64,000 bases of DNA from Octopus vulgaris (taxonomy: Eukaryota): the NCBI GenBank assembly GCA_951406725.2, contig OX597838.1:40486001-40550000 (forward strand), in the 5' to 3' direction. Positions 14,640 to 28,782 of the stretch are shown here, piece by piece; position 1 is the stretch's first letter; each line of letters begins with the position of its first letter. The position numbers were made by a program, and so were the translations under genes. The notes below the pieces were generated by a model, which ran no database searches, was not told the origin of the DNA, and worked only from the letters and a program-made list of their open reading frames with translations.

Positions 14640-14702
14640 AACCTCTGGCCGACCAAAGTCTTGAGAGTGGATTTGGTGGACGGAATCTGAAAGAAGCCCG
14701 TC

Positions 14703-14784
<82 letters not shown>

Positions 14785-14995
14785 ATATTTGTATGTCAGT
14801 GTCTGTCCCCTCACCATCATTTGACAACCGATATTAGTGTGTTTACGTCCCCGTAAGCTAGCGGTTCGGCAAAAGAAACCAATAAAATAAGTACTAGGCT
14901 TTCAAAGTATAATTCCTGGGATCGATTTCTTCGACTAAAGGCGGTGCTCCAGCATGGCCGCAGTCAAATGCCTGAAAAAAGTAATAGAATAATAG
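14640..14995 (+). mobile_element. SINE family B (headless) with internal microsatellite
   Basis: gtggatttggtggacggaatctgaaagaagcccgtcg ... gactaaaggcggtgctccagcatggccgcagtc shared with 47790. Confidence 0.85.
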
Positions 14996-15051
14996 AATAT
15001 ACAGAGAGAGAGAGAGAGAAAGAGAGAGTGAGAGAGAAAGAGAGTCAGAGT

Positions 15052-15082
<31 letters not shown>

Positions 15083-15414
15083 TCAGAGCGAGAGAGAGAG
15101 AGAGATGGCTTTCTACGCAGGCTCCGTATAAGAAGTCCACTTACAAGGCATCGGATGGTGCGGCGCTATAATACAAAACACTTGCTCAAGGTGCGGCGCA
15201 GTGGGAGAACCCGAAACCACATGATTATAAATCGATCTTCTAAACTATACAACCATGCTTTCACCCAATGTTTATGCAGAACTCCATTTTAAAAATTTAC
15301 TGTTTTTTGTTTTGCTTTTTTTCTGCTGGTTTAATGGATTTGTAACCGAAATGCGATAATATGAAGAATTACTAAATTTAGAATCGGAAGAATTTCCTGT
15401 AGTCTCTCTCAGAG

Positions 15415-15515
15415 GTATCATGTTGAGGTGCTCCTCGTTGACCCCCAGATTCTGCCCCAGAAAGTCGTCGCACATCCCTTCCACTAATCCTCTAAAGAAT
15501 GCCTTCGTTGTAATG
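15415..15515 (-). mobile_element. Short Tx1/L1-like ORF2 fragment
   Basis: EGMCDDFLGQNLGVNEEHL resembles [19 protein letters not shown] of the adjacent element. Confidence 0.6.
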
Positions 15516-15524
15516 AAGATAGAT

Positions 15525-16632
15525 ATGTTTCTTTATTAGCCACACAGGGTTGCACACAGACGGGACAAATTACAAGGTAGAGCTTTTCTTTTTGGGGATA
15601 AAAAAACGGGGTTCGGTTTTCGATCAAAAGGGATCGTAAAAGGAAAGAAAGAGGAAAGCAAAAAGAAAGTGGGGGGGGGGATAAAAATAAAAGGAAAGAG
15701 AAAAAATCGATCAATAGGGATCGTTATCACAGAAATGTCAATATAAAGTGTAAAGGGGAGGACAGGTGAGGTTTACCCGTGGAAAGAAAAGCCTACGGAA
15801 AAGACCACGGTAACCTCGATCAATGAATTCACATATTATATATTTTTTTGCAAATAAGCAACTCTCTGTATTAATTTTTACGGTTCCTAGGATCATAGTC
15901 AAGATGGCTTCGTCATTCATATGTGCCATCCTTGCTACATTCAACCATCTTTTTTTAAAACATTTGCTAGACAAAACTTGCCTCTCTACTCTCACTTTCC
16001 TTTTCAAGTGATACTTGAAGAAGTTGATGAGAGATTGACCAGAGAGGAAAGTGCTTGTCTCTAATCCTTTCAGGCGCGTCCACCAGATACATTCTTTCGC
16101 CATAGCCACAAGGATGATAAAAATAGCTCTTCCTTCCGGTCTGAAGGAAGGAGGCGTGACGATATTAACGATAGTCTCGGCTGATAAACCGACACGTCCC
16201 ACACGTGACAGCAGTCGTTCGACATAAGCCCACAGGTCGGAGATTGTTGGACACTGCACGATTACGTGCAGAATGGTTTCGTCGCTCTGACCGCATCTCG
16301 GGCAGATCGGCCCCGTGTTTCTCGTGCCATGCCTATAGAGCTTATCCCGAACGGGTAGCGCTTCTCGGAAGCACTGCCAGGCCAAGGATCTCTGGAAGTT
16401 GTCCATAGGTCCCGGCCCGAAAGTCGTCTCAATCAGGCGGGTCAGGTATTCTTCGTCGACGCACAGGTTCGCCCCAAGATCGTCATCGTACCTCCTCTCC
16501 ACTAATCCCGTATAGAATGCTTGGGTTGTGTTGAAGTCACTGAAGGTCGACCTGGGACGGCATAGTTGCTTGAGAGCAACGCGACACTCGCGGTGCCATT
16601 CGCCCTTCCTCGGCCTCTTTTTGAACCACGAC
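15525..16632 (-). mobile_element. 5'-truncated Tx1/L1-like LINE (ORF2 C-terminus with zinc knuckle, plus 3' UTR)
   Basis: [34 protein letters not shown] (zf-RVT-like CCHC); the N-terminus of the 408-aa ORF is only (GATA)n read-through. Confidence 0.85.
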
Positions 16633-16947
<315 letters not shown>

Positions 16948-17159
16948 TTTGTTTTTAATCTCACGCTATATAAAAACTGAAAAGTTTATTCAATACTTTT
17001 TAAAAGATAACATATAAACTGTTGCAATAAAATATTGACTTCAGACTGATGCATTGTTAACCAATATCAGACTACAGAAGTCGAAACTTCAAAGTCAATC
17101 TCAGCTTTTCGTTGCAAAATTTAATAACTGTGAACTCTACTAAAAAGAAGAATAACTTT

Positions 17160-17180
17160 GTATGTATGTATGTATGTATG

Positions 17181-17211
<31 letters not shown>

Positions 17212-17587
17212 TGTATGTATGTATGTATGTATGTATGTATACAAGCATCCATGTATGTATATGTTTGCATGTATGTGTGCATGAATGTATACATGTATGT
17301 ATGTATACAAGCATCCATGTATGTATATGTTTGCATGTATGTGTGCATGAATGTATACATGTATGTATGTATATATGTATGTATGTATACAAGTATGCAC
17401 GTATGTATATGTGTGCATGCATGTATGTGTGTGTGTGTATGTATGTATGTACGTGTGTGTGTATGTATGTATGTATGTATGTATGTATGTATGTATGTAT
17501 GTATGTATGTATACAAGTATGCACGTATGTATATGTGTGCATGTATGTGTGCATGAATGTATACATGTATGTATGTATGTATGTATG
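17160..17587. repeat. Compound (TATG)n with higher-order units
   Basis: Repeated tacaagcatccatgtatgtatatgtttgcatg blocks. Confidence 0.95.
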
Positions 17588-19784
17588 TTAGGGTAGTATT
17601 TATTCTCTTTGTCCTATTTTCTCTTGTATCTTTTCGTAATATAAGAAAGGATTTTGTACTTTGATGGAATGTTAGCTGCTATTTTCAGCAGGTCGCACGA
17701 CAACTGAATTGTTGTCTGTTTACCAAAATCCTGAAAAGTCTAAGTGTAAAAATGTTATGTTTGCAAAGGAACAAAAATACCGCATATGTTGTATTTATGT
17801 AAATATGGAGGTCTGCAACAAATCTAGAAACAAAAAGAAGAGGAAAAGTGCAAAAGAGTTTGAAAACTGAACAAAGCTATATTTTAAACCACTTTTTTTT
17901 TGCGATGGAATGAGTATTTCTCTAACCATTACTTAACATATTTTACTTGGCACACATTAGCAGAACATTCTCATTTCAATGACAGCGAATACCTTTCCAC
18001 AATTTATTAGGCTACAGACGTAGATAGCATTAACAGCTCAAGTGAGAGAAAGTATTAAACGTGTGAGCGAAATGTCACGAGTTGATATATGCTATCGAGG
18101 TTAGGTTTAATGCTTGAAATTATAATTAATCAAATTTTTTTTATAATTTGACATATTTAAAAAGCTCAAGAGGGGAAATTAATCTCTGCCACATATATGC
18201 ATATCGTTGTATAATCATTCTTTAATATTCAATCAACAGAAATAGAAAATTTGCCAATTTCGTTCCGAGTTCAATTTCCATCGAGGTCTACTTTAAATTT
18301 ATCCCTTTCAGGATCGGCAAGCAAATCATTAGAAGAGGATGGAGTGATAGATATAAAAAGGGGATGAAGTGCATTGTGATTTGTTCCGGGTCTTTTCGTT
18401 ATTAATACAAACCACGACCCGTGACCTACTTTTGTGGCAGGTTTAACCTCTAACAATCTGGTCATCGCCTGCTTTTAGGGGAACCCGTAACGTTGCAAAC
18501 ATTCAGATAATGCCTTCGATTTTAGGATAATTTCTTTCATTTCTCGCTCCCTTCTGTTAGAGGCTCTCAAAAAGGTCAAAGGTACTACTCTCATACTTAA
18601 CTAAGAGATAAAATTCCGCATAAAATGTGTCTTCAGTGACAATGATTGTCAGAATAAAACAATACCAAAACCAAATCATGATATCGGCTAAGAGTTAATC
18701 CGCTTAATGTTAAACAGGAAGTAATTCATACCAAAACGTTCTATGACGTATTGTTGATACTTCAGACTAACAAACAGAAGGATCGATGGAATATAATTTG
18801 ATGCTGTATTGGCCTCTTCAGCTTAAATTATTGTCATACTTATGTACAATTCCAGCGTTGAGCAATATTTGGGATCGATAATAAGATGAGGGCCAAAAGA
18901 TAATGCGAGTAAAAATAAGCAAAAGCAAAATGAACCACAGATGGTTCTCATCAGACGAGAGTTTTGTGCAAAAGAATGAAGAGTCTAATCATAAACGTTA
19001 AAAACGTATAACTGCATCAATATATAAGATAAGATAGTTAATGTTCATTGATACAATGTAGGAGAGAAAATAGAAGATTTTGCTATTCAAGTAAATTGTT
19101 CGTTATGTTTGAGATAGTTTCGATATTTATAGATGCTTTTATAGATATTTGGGTCGACGTTCATACGTTTATGTATTATAAATCAATTCTTGTACATATT
19201 TAGCAGTAACAAAGCGAACCATGTTTTTATTTACTAATTATTTCTTTTGGCTTCTGACAAAAACTAGAAATCCCTAGAATTCATTTTATTCCCGTTCGTG
19301 TTTAGCGTTATTTTTAGCTGCTGGATCACACGTCAATCTTATATTTAATAGGTTTTATGAAATATTTCCTAACATATTTCCTTTTTATAAATGGTGTATT
19401 TGTTAGATCCACCCAAAAATATATTTAGTTTTCTCTCATCCACATTCTTTTTTTTTTTTAACAATCATTTTAATAAACATTCATATCGTTGAATAAAGAG
19501 TAAATACTCAGATGAAAGCCGACAAAGACGGACCCGAGAACCACAAACTAATGAATCAGTAAGTTTTGCTTTTAACACCAAATATTAACTAATTTGAATC
19601 CAGCGTTTATGCTCTCAGCTAATTCATTATATAATTTTGTTAATCATATGGTAATCATACTTTTAGAAGGTGGCATGGCTGTGTGGTTAAGAAACTCGCT
19701 TTGCAACTATGTGGTTTAGAGTTCAGTACCACAGTGTGGCACCTTGGGCGATTGGATTTTTCCTACAAACCTACAAACAACTGA

Positions 19785-20620
19785 TGAATGTAGATGCGGG
19801 GAGAAAACGACGGTGAGATGTTCTGTCAAAATGCAGGCTAGCACTAGACAGATATACATGGCGTCACAATCAAGTCCTCGGCGTCATAAGCGCAGCACTC
19901 AAGGAGAAGATCGAGGGATATAATAAGGGAGAGTACCCAAAAATGGAGAAGCGCAGAAAAACATACTTCCAGAAGGAGGGAAATGGACATAAGGCCGGGC
20001 CTTCAAATAAAATATACGAGACGGACGAAAGATGGAAGTGATACTGGGAGCTGACCACAGATTTGAAAACAAACTTAATATTTCTACTCATAAAAACGAC
20101 AAAAAGACCGGACTTAATCCTATGGAATACAAAACGGAGAATTAGAATTTTGCTAGAGCTGACAGTGCCATGAGAAGAGAACATCGCTAATGCAGAGGAA
20201 CGGAAGGAGAAGAGGTACGAAAAATTAAACGTAGAGTGCAGAGAACAGGGATGAACTGTCATGTATTACAACCTGGCAGTGAGGACTAGAGGCTTCATTG
20301 AAAGGAACATGACAAGGTTATTCAAAAGAAGGTTTGCATTTTCGAGCTCAGAGCTGAGAAAAGTAATAAGGAGGATACAAGAGACAGTCGAAAAAGCCGG
20401 CTTCTATATATGGCTGAAGCGAGAAGACCAAAAATGGCTTGAAAACCATAACATACCGACTGGGAAATAGCGTCACTAGGTGAGACTGGCTGACACTTAA
20501 GCATCATCGCTGATTGACAGGTAGTGGTCTTGTTCATGGCGCCCCCTCTTCCTGGTTCGAAGGCTTGTACCACCAAACAACTGGTCGGCTCTGGCTGCTG
20601 GAACTGAAACTAACACGACA
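19785..20620 (+). mobile_element. HERO-like non-LTR retrotransposon 3' fragment (restriction-like endonuclease), pseudogenised
   Basis: RYTWRHNQVL, then KRPDLILWN..LELTVP*EENIANAEERKEKRYEKL..C..G*..TRGF. Confidence 0.8.
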
Positions 20621-20677
20621 CTGCTGGAAGGCAGGTTTTGAGAGAGCGCGGGCTAAGATTACGCGCCCTTCCTCTCC

Positions 20678-20780
20678 ATTGGTCAGTTGACGTTTAGAGT
20701 GTCACGTGACAACTAGCTGGTGCTGGCTACTGGAGCCTCCCAGTGAGTATTTAAAGGGAAATTTGGCCGGATGGTCAGTC
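20678..20780 (+). promoter_or_regulatory. Pol II core-promoter-like cassette (possibly LTR-derived)
   Basis: ATTGG at 20678, GTCACGTGAC at 20701, TATTTAAA at 20748, TCAGTC at 20775 (TATA about 29 bp before the Inr A). Confidence 0.4.
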
Positions 20781-21004
20781 GCCCACTGACACTCGTCTTA
20801 CATTCTTGCGTGGTAATTTGCTTGTGTCTACCGTGAAGGTCAGTTGTTAAATTGCTGCTGCTTATTGTTACATTGTGCTTGTTGGTTTCCCGTAAGGGAA
20901 ACGTTGTTAAAATTCTTGACTGTATTATATTGTGAACTTTTATCCTCCCGCTGGAGGAAGGACATATAAATTGTGTTTGCGGTGTGAACAGCGTCCCCTG
21001 GGAC

Positions 21005-21870
21005 TACCACTGCGGATTTTTTATAGAGGGTTGGTAGTGCATAAATCTGACGATGTCCTGGGGGACTCTAGGCTTCGATGAGGAGCAAATAACCAACCTG
21101 TTCAGAAGTACATTCGGGCCGAGGTATCTGGATAACTTTAAGAAATCCTTGGCCTGGTTGTGCTACCGATCGGCCTTACCGGTTCGAGGGAGGTTGTCTA
21201 GACACGGTTTTGACACCTCCCCCACATGTTCGAGGTGTGGACGCGCAAGTGAAACTGTCGCGCACGCCTTTGTACACTGTGAGGAGTTGAGGAAGTTGAT
21301 AGCCTATGTCGAACAACTGATGTCCGGATGCGGAAAGAGTACGGCTCTCGACTGAGTTCATGATTAAGATCGTACCGCCTTCTTCCTTCAACAAGGAAAA
21401 GAGGGCATCGTTTTTCTGCGTAGTAGCCATACTGAAAGAGACAGTATGGACGACACGTGCGAAAGGAATTGCGATAGGTCACTTCATCTCCGGACACGGG
21501 TTAAAATATTTCAACTTCCACCGAAAGATCCGTCTGGAGAAGAAGTGCTTGTCGCATAGTACGTTCCAGAAAAGATGGATGTCTGTGGTAAAGAAGTTGA
21601 GAATGAATGTGGCCGTGCTAGCATAGCCAGTCAGGTCGAAAAGAAAGAAAAAAATGGGGGGAGAGAAAAAAGGCAAAAACCGGCGGGTTAAATAAGGAAA
21701 AAAAACCCAGAACATTATTTTTAACTTTTATTCGTATTTATATTTATCATTTCATCTGATTTTTTCTTCGATTCTTTCATTTCATCTGAAACGATTTGTA
21801 AGAATGTGTTTGTTTGTGTGCGTCCATTGTAATGTCCTTCTGTGTACATCTTTTATAGGTTCATAAAGAA
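21005..21870 (+). mobile_element. Tx1/L1-like LINE 3' fragment with frameshifts
   Basis: FGPRYLDNFKKSLAWLCYRSALPVR..CSRCGRASETVAHAFVHC, homologous to the 15738 ORF. Confidence 0.85.
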
Positions 21871-22516
21871 ATACGCCCGTTGACACTCGTTGACTCTGCA
21901 TCGGAAAGGCCGGGGAACAAAAGAAAAAAGGAGAAATAAGAAATACCCCAGAGCTGAAGACACATCCGAAAGGGAGGGGCGCAACGTCGAAAACGGTAGA
22001 GGAGTAGGGGCAAAATTTAAATCTTATGCGTGTTGCCATTTCTTTTTGAATTCTTTATTATTACTTCATGTCTAAAGATACCTCATAATTCTTCGAAGCC
22101 TATCTTTGTCTCTTTTTCTTTCTGAAAAATGGTTTAATTACCCGATAATATATTCCTTAAAGCTATGAAAGGATAAAATCGATCACAGAATGATTTCTAA
22201 TCAAATACAATCTAAACACTGAAATTCATTTAGTCCAGCCTCATGGCCTTCGATTAAGTTCTGGCCGACATATTAAATTGAAAGGAAAACGAAAATGTCG
22301 CCTGGTTGTCAATAAAATAAGTGAATGGAATCCCATTGATTTGTAATCGAGGCAAAAGTTTATACATATTAAAGTGTAGTCGATTATATCGACCCGTTTA
22401 TTTGTTTGTTATTTTGTGAACGATCAATACTAATTCATTATGACGTGTCATAAATAGCGTAGGGTTGACAGAATCGGTAGAGTAACATTAGAGTAATTAA
22501 TATTATGTCTCATTAA

Positions 22517-22747
22517 GGCGGCGAGCTGGCAGAAACGTTAGCGCGCCGGGCGGAATGCTTAGCGGTATTTCGTCTGTCGTTACGTTCTGAGTTCAAATTC
22601 CACCGAGGTCGACTTTGCCTTTCATCCTTCCGGGGTCGATAAATAAAGTACCAGTTTCGCACTGGGGTCGATGTAATCGGCTTAATCCGTTTGTCTGTCC
22701 TTGTTTGTCCCCTCTGTGTTTAGCCCCTTGGGGGTAATAAAGAAATA
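22517..22747 (+). mobile_element. Full-length tRNA-derived SINE family C (Meta-domain-like core)
   Basis: A box tggcagaaacgttagc, B box gagttcaaattcc, core gactttgcctttcatccttccggggtcgataaa; flanked by tatt(a/t)tgtctcatta. Confidence 0.85.
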
Positions 22748-23545
22748 GGTATTTTGTCTCATTATGTTTTTAATTTCAAATGCTCATGAAATACACTTTG
22801 CTTTTTATACGTTTTCGGCCAACGATTTACGATACCAGTCAAATACTGGGAGAATTTTAGATGCAAGTAATTCAAAGTAATTCAAATTAATTCTGCACGC
22901 GTGAACTGATGCGATGTTCGAAATCCAGATCCTAAAAGAAGTTTCCTTCAAATGTTCTCAGCGTAACATTGCCAGAAAAAAGATCATTGGAGAAAAATAA
23001 AGGAGAAAACAAACAGAAAAGATAGCTGGGTGGAGTGGTGCGGTGGTAAATGACATCAGCTATCTAACTTGAAAATTTCTGGGCGGTAACTGCTTAACGG
23101 AGCTGAGATGAAACTGTATCTTAGTTCAAATGAATATTCGCGAATTGTTTCAGTTATTAGATTGCGACCACCCTGGGGCACTGCCTTTAACGCTTGCAAG
23201 AATGTCGGATATAAAACAAAAACCTACCAAACAATCAACAAAACCAATACAAAACAAACATAACAGCAAATATTTTGAGTCTCTCATGAGAAATAATTTG
23301 ACGAAACTAGAATGTGTCTAGAGGATAGACCGAAACGAATATTAATTGGGCACTGATTTAGAAGTGAGATTCTTTTTTAATAAAATATTAAAAGGTTCCA
23401 TTAATAGGTTTGCCGTTCACAGGAGAGAACGAATTGGTTCCTATGAAATATGAATTCTTTGAGATTTAAAAGAGCAGAAACAGTTAGAGAAACCAGAGAA
23501 ATATTATTGATTTGGTCATTATTATTATTAGTAGCAGTGGTGGTG

Positions 23546-23649
<104 letters not shown>

Positions 23650-23974
23650 GGCTCCGGTGAATTTATTGCTGTAATGTAGACTACTGTTCCTGCCTATCGC
23701 GACTAAATGAAAATGTCATAAAAATACGTCCATAAACAGCTATGAACGCATAAATGCATACATACATATATACATACGTACATACATGCATAAACACCTA
23801 TGCACACGTATTCATACATACGTATGTACGTATGTGTGTATATACGTTCCACCATACATACACATACACATACACATATCTACACTTTATACACAGATGC
23901 ATGTGCGTATCTACAAACATATTTTGTTTCAATACATATCTTGTGTCTGTATGCAAGGGGTGTGTGATGCGGGG

Positions 23975-24212
23975 TAGAGGCGAGTAGGTTAGTGATTAGT
24001 CGTTGCATTTATGATAGTGAGGTCGTGGTTTCTAATCTCGGATCGGCCGCTCCATTGTACTCTTGTGGCAAACACATCATTTCACGTTGCATCACTCAGC
24101 TGGAAAAAGGAGTTACCCTGCAACAAACTAGCATTCCATCCACGGGGTGAATATAGACGCCAGAAAATCCGGAAAACCAGCCTCATGACCCTATGGTTCG
24201 GAAAGGAACATT
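23975..24212 (+). mobile_element. Decayed tRNA-derived SINE
   Basis: Degenerate A/B boxes; aacacatcatttcacgttgc shared with the 59615 copy. Confidence 0.5.
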
Positions 24213-25119
24213 GATCTTGTGTGTGTGTATATATAAATCCAGAAAATGGAATAAGAACGTAACGGGCAAATAAATGATACAAAGATGGACAAGAAAAAAC
24301 AAGGATGGATCATTCGTGACCAATCATCAGTCAAATTTCTAAATTATCACTACAGTTTCGACCTGAGACTCTTCAAAAGATTTTGGCCCCAAAAATCTAA
24401 GCTAAGAGCACTAAAAGTTTGGAAGAAAAGGAATGTGTATGACAAGGTCGATGCTAGTTATTTAACCCCAAGAAAACTTACTAAACAAGCTGTCAGTATT
24501 TCCCCGAAGTTCAGAGACGCGAGCCAATCACCACTGATGTGTCCATCAAGAAAGAAATGCAGAGAGTGAATGAGAGAAAGAGAGAGAAAGAAAAAAGTGG
24601 GACTGCGAGAGAGAGAATAAAAGATAGATGAAGGGTGATACACAGTTAATTACAAGAGCAAATTACTACGATTTAAGAACTAAATGAAAGTCCTTCAAAA
24701 CTTTTTTTAATGACTACAATGAGACTCCAATGATGCAATTGTTTTAATCCTGCAGATAATCTCAGATGAAACCGTTTGACGAATAAGAGTAAATTAAGAT
24801 GACAATGTGATCTGTAATCTCATCTTGTATCTTTTACTTGTTTCAGTCACTGGACTGCGGCCTTCAACGGCTTCTTCGAACAAAGGGAGCCAAGAACTTA
24901 TATTTCATAGGGTATTGTTTTTCCGTACTCTTTTCCCGAACTTTTAAGTTAAGCGGCGTAAAGAAGACAGCATCAGTTGTCAAAAAGTGAGGAGACAAAC
25001 TCAAACGCAAAGGGGCACACACTGACGCACGCGCGCACGCACATTTTATATACATGCAACACCATCCAAAAGTATTTTTAAACACCAAAAATCTATCAAT
25101 TAAATTATTGGTGGGATAT

Positions 25120-25905
25120 AACAGTTTACTCTAAGCAGCCGCCCTCAGCTTCCCCCACGGCCTCGAGGCGGATCCGTAACTTGGCGCATCTGTTTTTCAC
25201 TGTATCCCTGAGAAAAGTCTTCGAACACCTTCTTGATCTTGGCCACTATCTAGGCCTTGATGTTATAGGCAGAGAGGTTGAGGTCTTCCTCATTCGCCCT
25301 CCAAAGTAGTCCATGGGATTACAATCGGGGGGATTAGGAGACAAGAAACTGGAGCCATTGGAGTAGAAATTCTCCGAAGCATTTTTTATTATTTTGGCGG
25401 TATAGCAAGCAGCTGTATCTTGTTGACACACATGTGACCATCCAGTCACAATCCTCTCCAGTCAGGGTTTGACCACAGTCTCTAGCAGCTTCACGTAGTC
25501 CTCTGAATTGAGCCAAAGCCCTGTTTAAAGGTGTGTAGGAGTCAATACCCGTGTGCGCACGTAGTCAGAATGCCTGCCTGACCCTAACCCTTCCTGCTGG
25601 CCACCCTTTCGTACTCTCCCTTTAAAATTTTCCATGTCACGTCTTCCAACATTTACAGTGTTTACAGAGGATTACGTAGCAGTCATGATGTCGGCATTTT
25701 AATACCCGGCGCTAATTATCATGGTACAGGAAACTCCTTTTCAATATCCACGTGGCTTCCAGTCTTCCATATCAGCGAACATTTTCTCAGTTACAACTTT
25801 AATTTTTATGCTCTCTGACGCCGTGGACTGTTCACTAATACATCAAGTTTTTTCTGGCTAAAGGAGACATTAAAACTCATCCAATTTCGCCAAAACACCA
25901 TGTAT
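25120..25905 (-). mobile_element. Decayed Tc1/mariner (DD37D/maT-like) transposase relic
   Basis: VCQQDTAACY and SPNPPDCNPMDY resemble the FQQDxAPxH and WPPxSPDxNPxD motifs; ends uncertain. Confidence 0.65.
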
Positions 25906-26229
25906 ACGTAAGCACATTTCCGTGTATTGTCCATATATAATACACATACGATGCGAATGTGTCTCTCTGATAGAAAAAAAAAAGCAAACGTGAATACATA
26001 CAAATAGATGCGTGTGCGTGTACATATATGAGTGTATGTGTGCGTGTCCGTGAGGGAGAGTATGTTATCAATTGAGACCTTAATTACTATGGATATATTT
26101 GTTATGTTTATACACCAATTCTGTATAGTGAAATATGTACGTGTAGGGACACGTAGCGTGAGATAAATTTAGGCGCGCGCACACACACACACACACCACA
26201 CACATATATATATATAGAGAGAGAGAGAG

Positions 26230-26264
26230 GTAGATAGATAGATAGATAGATAGATAGATTGATT

Positions 26265-26327
<63 letters not shown>

Positions 26328-26332
26328 TGATT

Positions 26333-26377
<45 letters not shown>

Positions 26378-26379
26378 GT

Positions 26380-26444
<65 letters not shown>

Positions 26445-26453
26445 TAGAGAGTG

Positions 26454-26512
<59 letters not shown>

Positions 26513-26525
26513 TAGAGAGACAGAC

Positions 26526-26608
<83 letters not shown>

Positions 26609-26617
26609 AAGACAGAC

Positions 26618-26691
<74 letters not shown>

Positions 26692-26718
26692 GTAGGTAGG
26701 TAGATAGATATAGATAGA

Positions 26719-26766
<48 letters not shown>

Positions 26767-26775
26767 TAGAGAGTG

Positions 26776-26838
<63 letters not shown>

Positions 26839-26847
26839 TAGAGAGTG

Positions 26848-26938
<91 letters not shown>

Positions 26939-26947
26939 AAGACAGAC

Positions 26948-27017
<70 letters not shown>
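26230..27017. repeat. Compound (GATA)n/(GACA)n array
   Basis: Direct reading; recurrent gagagtgagaaa spacer. Confidence 0.98.
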
Positions 27018-27018
<1 letters not shown>

Positions 27019-27156
27019 CACAAATGCCGTACCTGCAATCACTCCTATTATTGTAATCAAATAAATTGTGATGAAAATTTCAGGCAAAGAGAACAAAAAC
27101 TACTGCTCTTGTTATCAATAATATTCGTTATTGTTGCTGTTAATACATAATAAAAA

Positions 27157-28105
27157 GGCGTCGAGCTGGCAGAGTGGTTAGCACGTCGGGCGAAATGCTT
27201 AGCGGTATTTCGTCTGCGGTTACGTTGTGAGTTCAAATTCCGCTGAGGTCGACTTTACCTTTCATCCTTTCGGGGTCGATAAATTAAGTACCAGTTACGC
27301 ACTGGGATCGATGTAATCGACTTAATACCTATGTCTGTCGTTGTTTGTCCCCTCTATGGGTAATAAAGAAATAGGTATTTCGTCTGCCGTTACGTTGTGA
27401 GTTCAAATTCCGCCGAGGTCGACTTTACCTTTCATACTTTCGGGGTCGATAAATTAAGTACCAGTTACGCACTGGGATCGATGTAATCGACTTAATCCGT
27501 TTGTCTGTCCTTGTTTGTCCCCTCTATGTTTAGCCCCTTGTGGGTAATAAAGAAATAGGTATTTCGTCTGCCGTTACGTTGTGAGTTCAAATTCCGCCGA
27601 GGTCGACTTTACCTTTCATCCTTTCGGGGTCGATAAATTAAGTACCAGTTACGCACTGGGGTCGATGTAATCGACTTAATACCTATGTCTGTCCTTGTTT
27701 GTCCCCTCTATGTTTAGCCCCTTGTGGGTAATAAAGAAATAGGTATTTCGTCTGCCGTTACGTTGTGAGTTCAAATTCCGCCGAGGTCGACTTTACCTTT
27801 CATACTTTCGGGGTCGATAAATTAAGTACCAGTTACGCACTGTGGTCGATGTAATCGACTTAATACCTATGTCTGTCCTTGTTTGTCCCCTCTATGTTTA
27901 GCCCCTTGTGGGTAATAAAGAAATAGGTATTTCGTCTGCCGTTACGTTGTGAGTTCAAATTCCGCCGAGGTCGACTTTACCTTTCATCCTTTCGGGGTCG
28001 ATAAATTAAGTTCCAGTTACGCACTGGGGTCGATGTAATCGACTTAATACCTATGTCTGTCCTTGTTTGTCCACTCTATGTTTAGTCCCCTGTGGGCAAT
28101 AAATA
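27157..28105 (+). mobile_element. SINE family C head followed by five tandem body units
   Basis: Units start ggtatttcgtctg at 27204, 27374, 27558, 27742 and 27926 (periods 170, 184, 184, 184). Confidence 0.92.
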
Positions 28106-28514
28106 AAATAATAACGGTAATGATATATCTTGTTTATTTTGCTGTTGTTTCAATTCATTTCTAAATTTGCTTTCTTTTTTTCTTTTTCTTACACGTTCTA
28201 ATTACGACTACGAAACGGACAATTTTCAATCTGCTTTTCCCCTCAAATTATTTATGTGTGAAATTAAAATTGCCTCTAAATTCCAAACATAAAATTTCAT
28301 TTAGCTTCATAATTGAGATGGACTCTTTAAGGTTGTTTTTTTCTGTTCATTCTTTCATTATATCTTTTGTTTGGTTTGTTCTTTCTTCCTGTCTCTTTTC
28401 ACTCCCACCCAGCTATTATTGGTATGTGCATAGCTTTTTTATATTGTGTATGAGTTTCTCGAATATATCTAGTCATATATTATATGTTTATACTTACGTA
28501 CATATATATATATA

Positions 28515-28719
28515 ACGGGAAGCTTTATGAAAATAAACAAAAGACGAAGGCAGGTGGAGTACAAACAACCAATTGTATTAGTATGGTGCTCAGGAATATA
28601 AATAAAACAAGTCTTTTACGTTTCGAGCCTACGCTCTTCAACAGAAAGATACACAGAAAAGAAACACGGAGAGAAACCAGGATAGAAAAAAATGCGTGCA
28701 GAAGCTAGCGATTCAACAT

Positions 28720-28722
<3 letters not shown>
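28515..28722 (-). mobile_element. Penelope pLTR-like family X with variant hammerhead
   Basis: Minus strand tcttt-CTGTTGA-a-gagc-gtag-gctc-GAAA-cg-TA-aaaga at 28612-28649; (TA)n on both sides. Confidence 0.65.

Positions 28723-28781
<59 letters not shown>

Positions 28782-28782
<1 letters not shown>

Noticed and set aside
18932-18960. Minus-strand CTGATGA plus perfect 6-bp hairpin
   Set aside because: No GAAA, stem III or stem I partner follows.
26080-27096. Long ORFs of 232-338 aa here and at 49140-49966 and 56010-56750
   Set aside because: Stop-free reading of GATA/TATG microsatellites; no coding complexity.
27157-28105. Regular tandem array as CRISPR-like locus
   Set aside because: No unique spacers; units are whole SINE bodies in a eukaryotic context.
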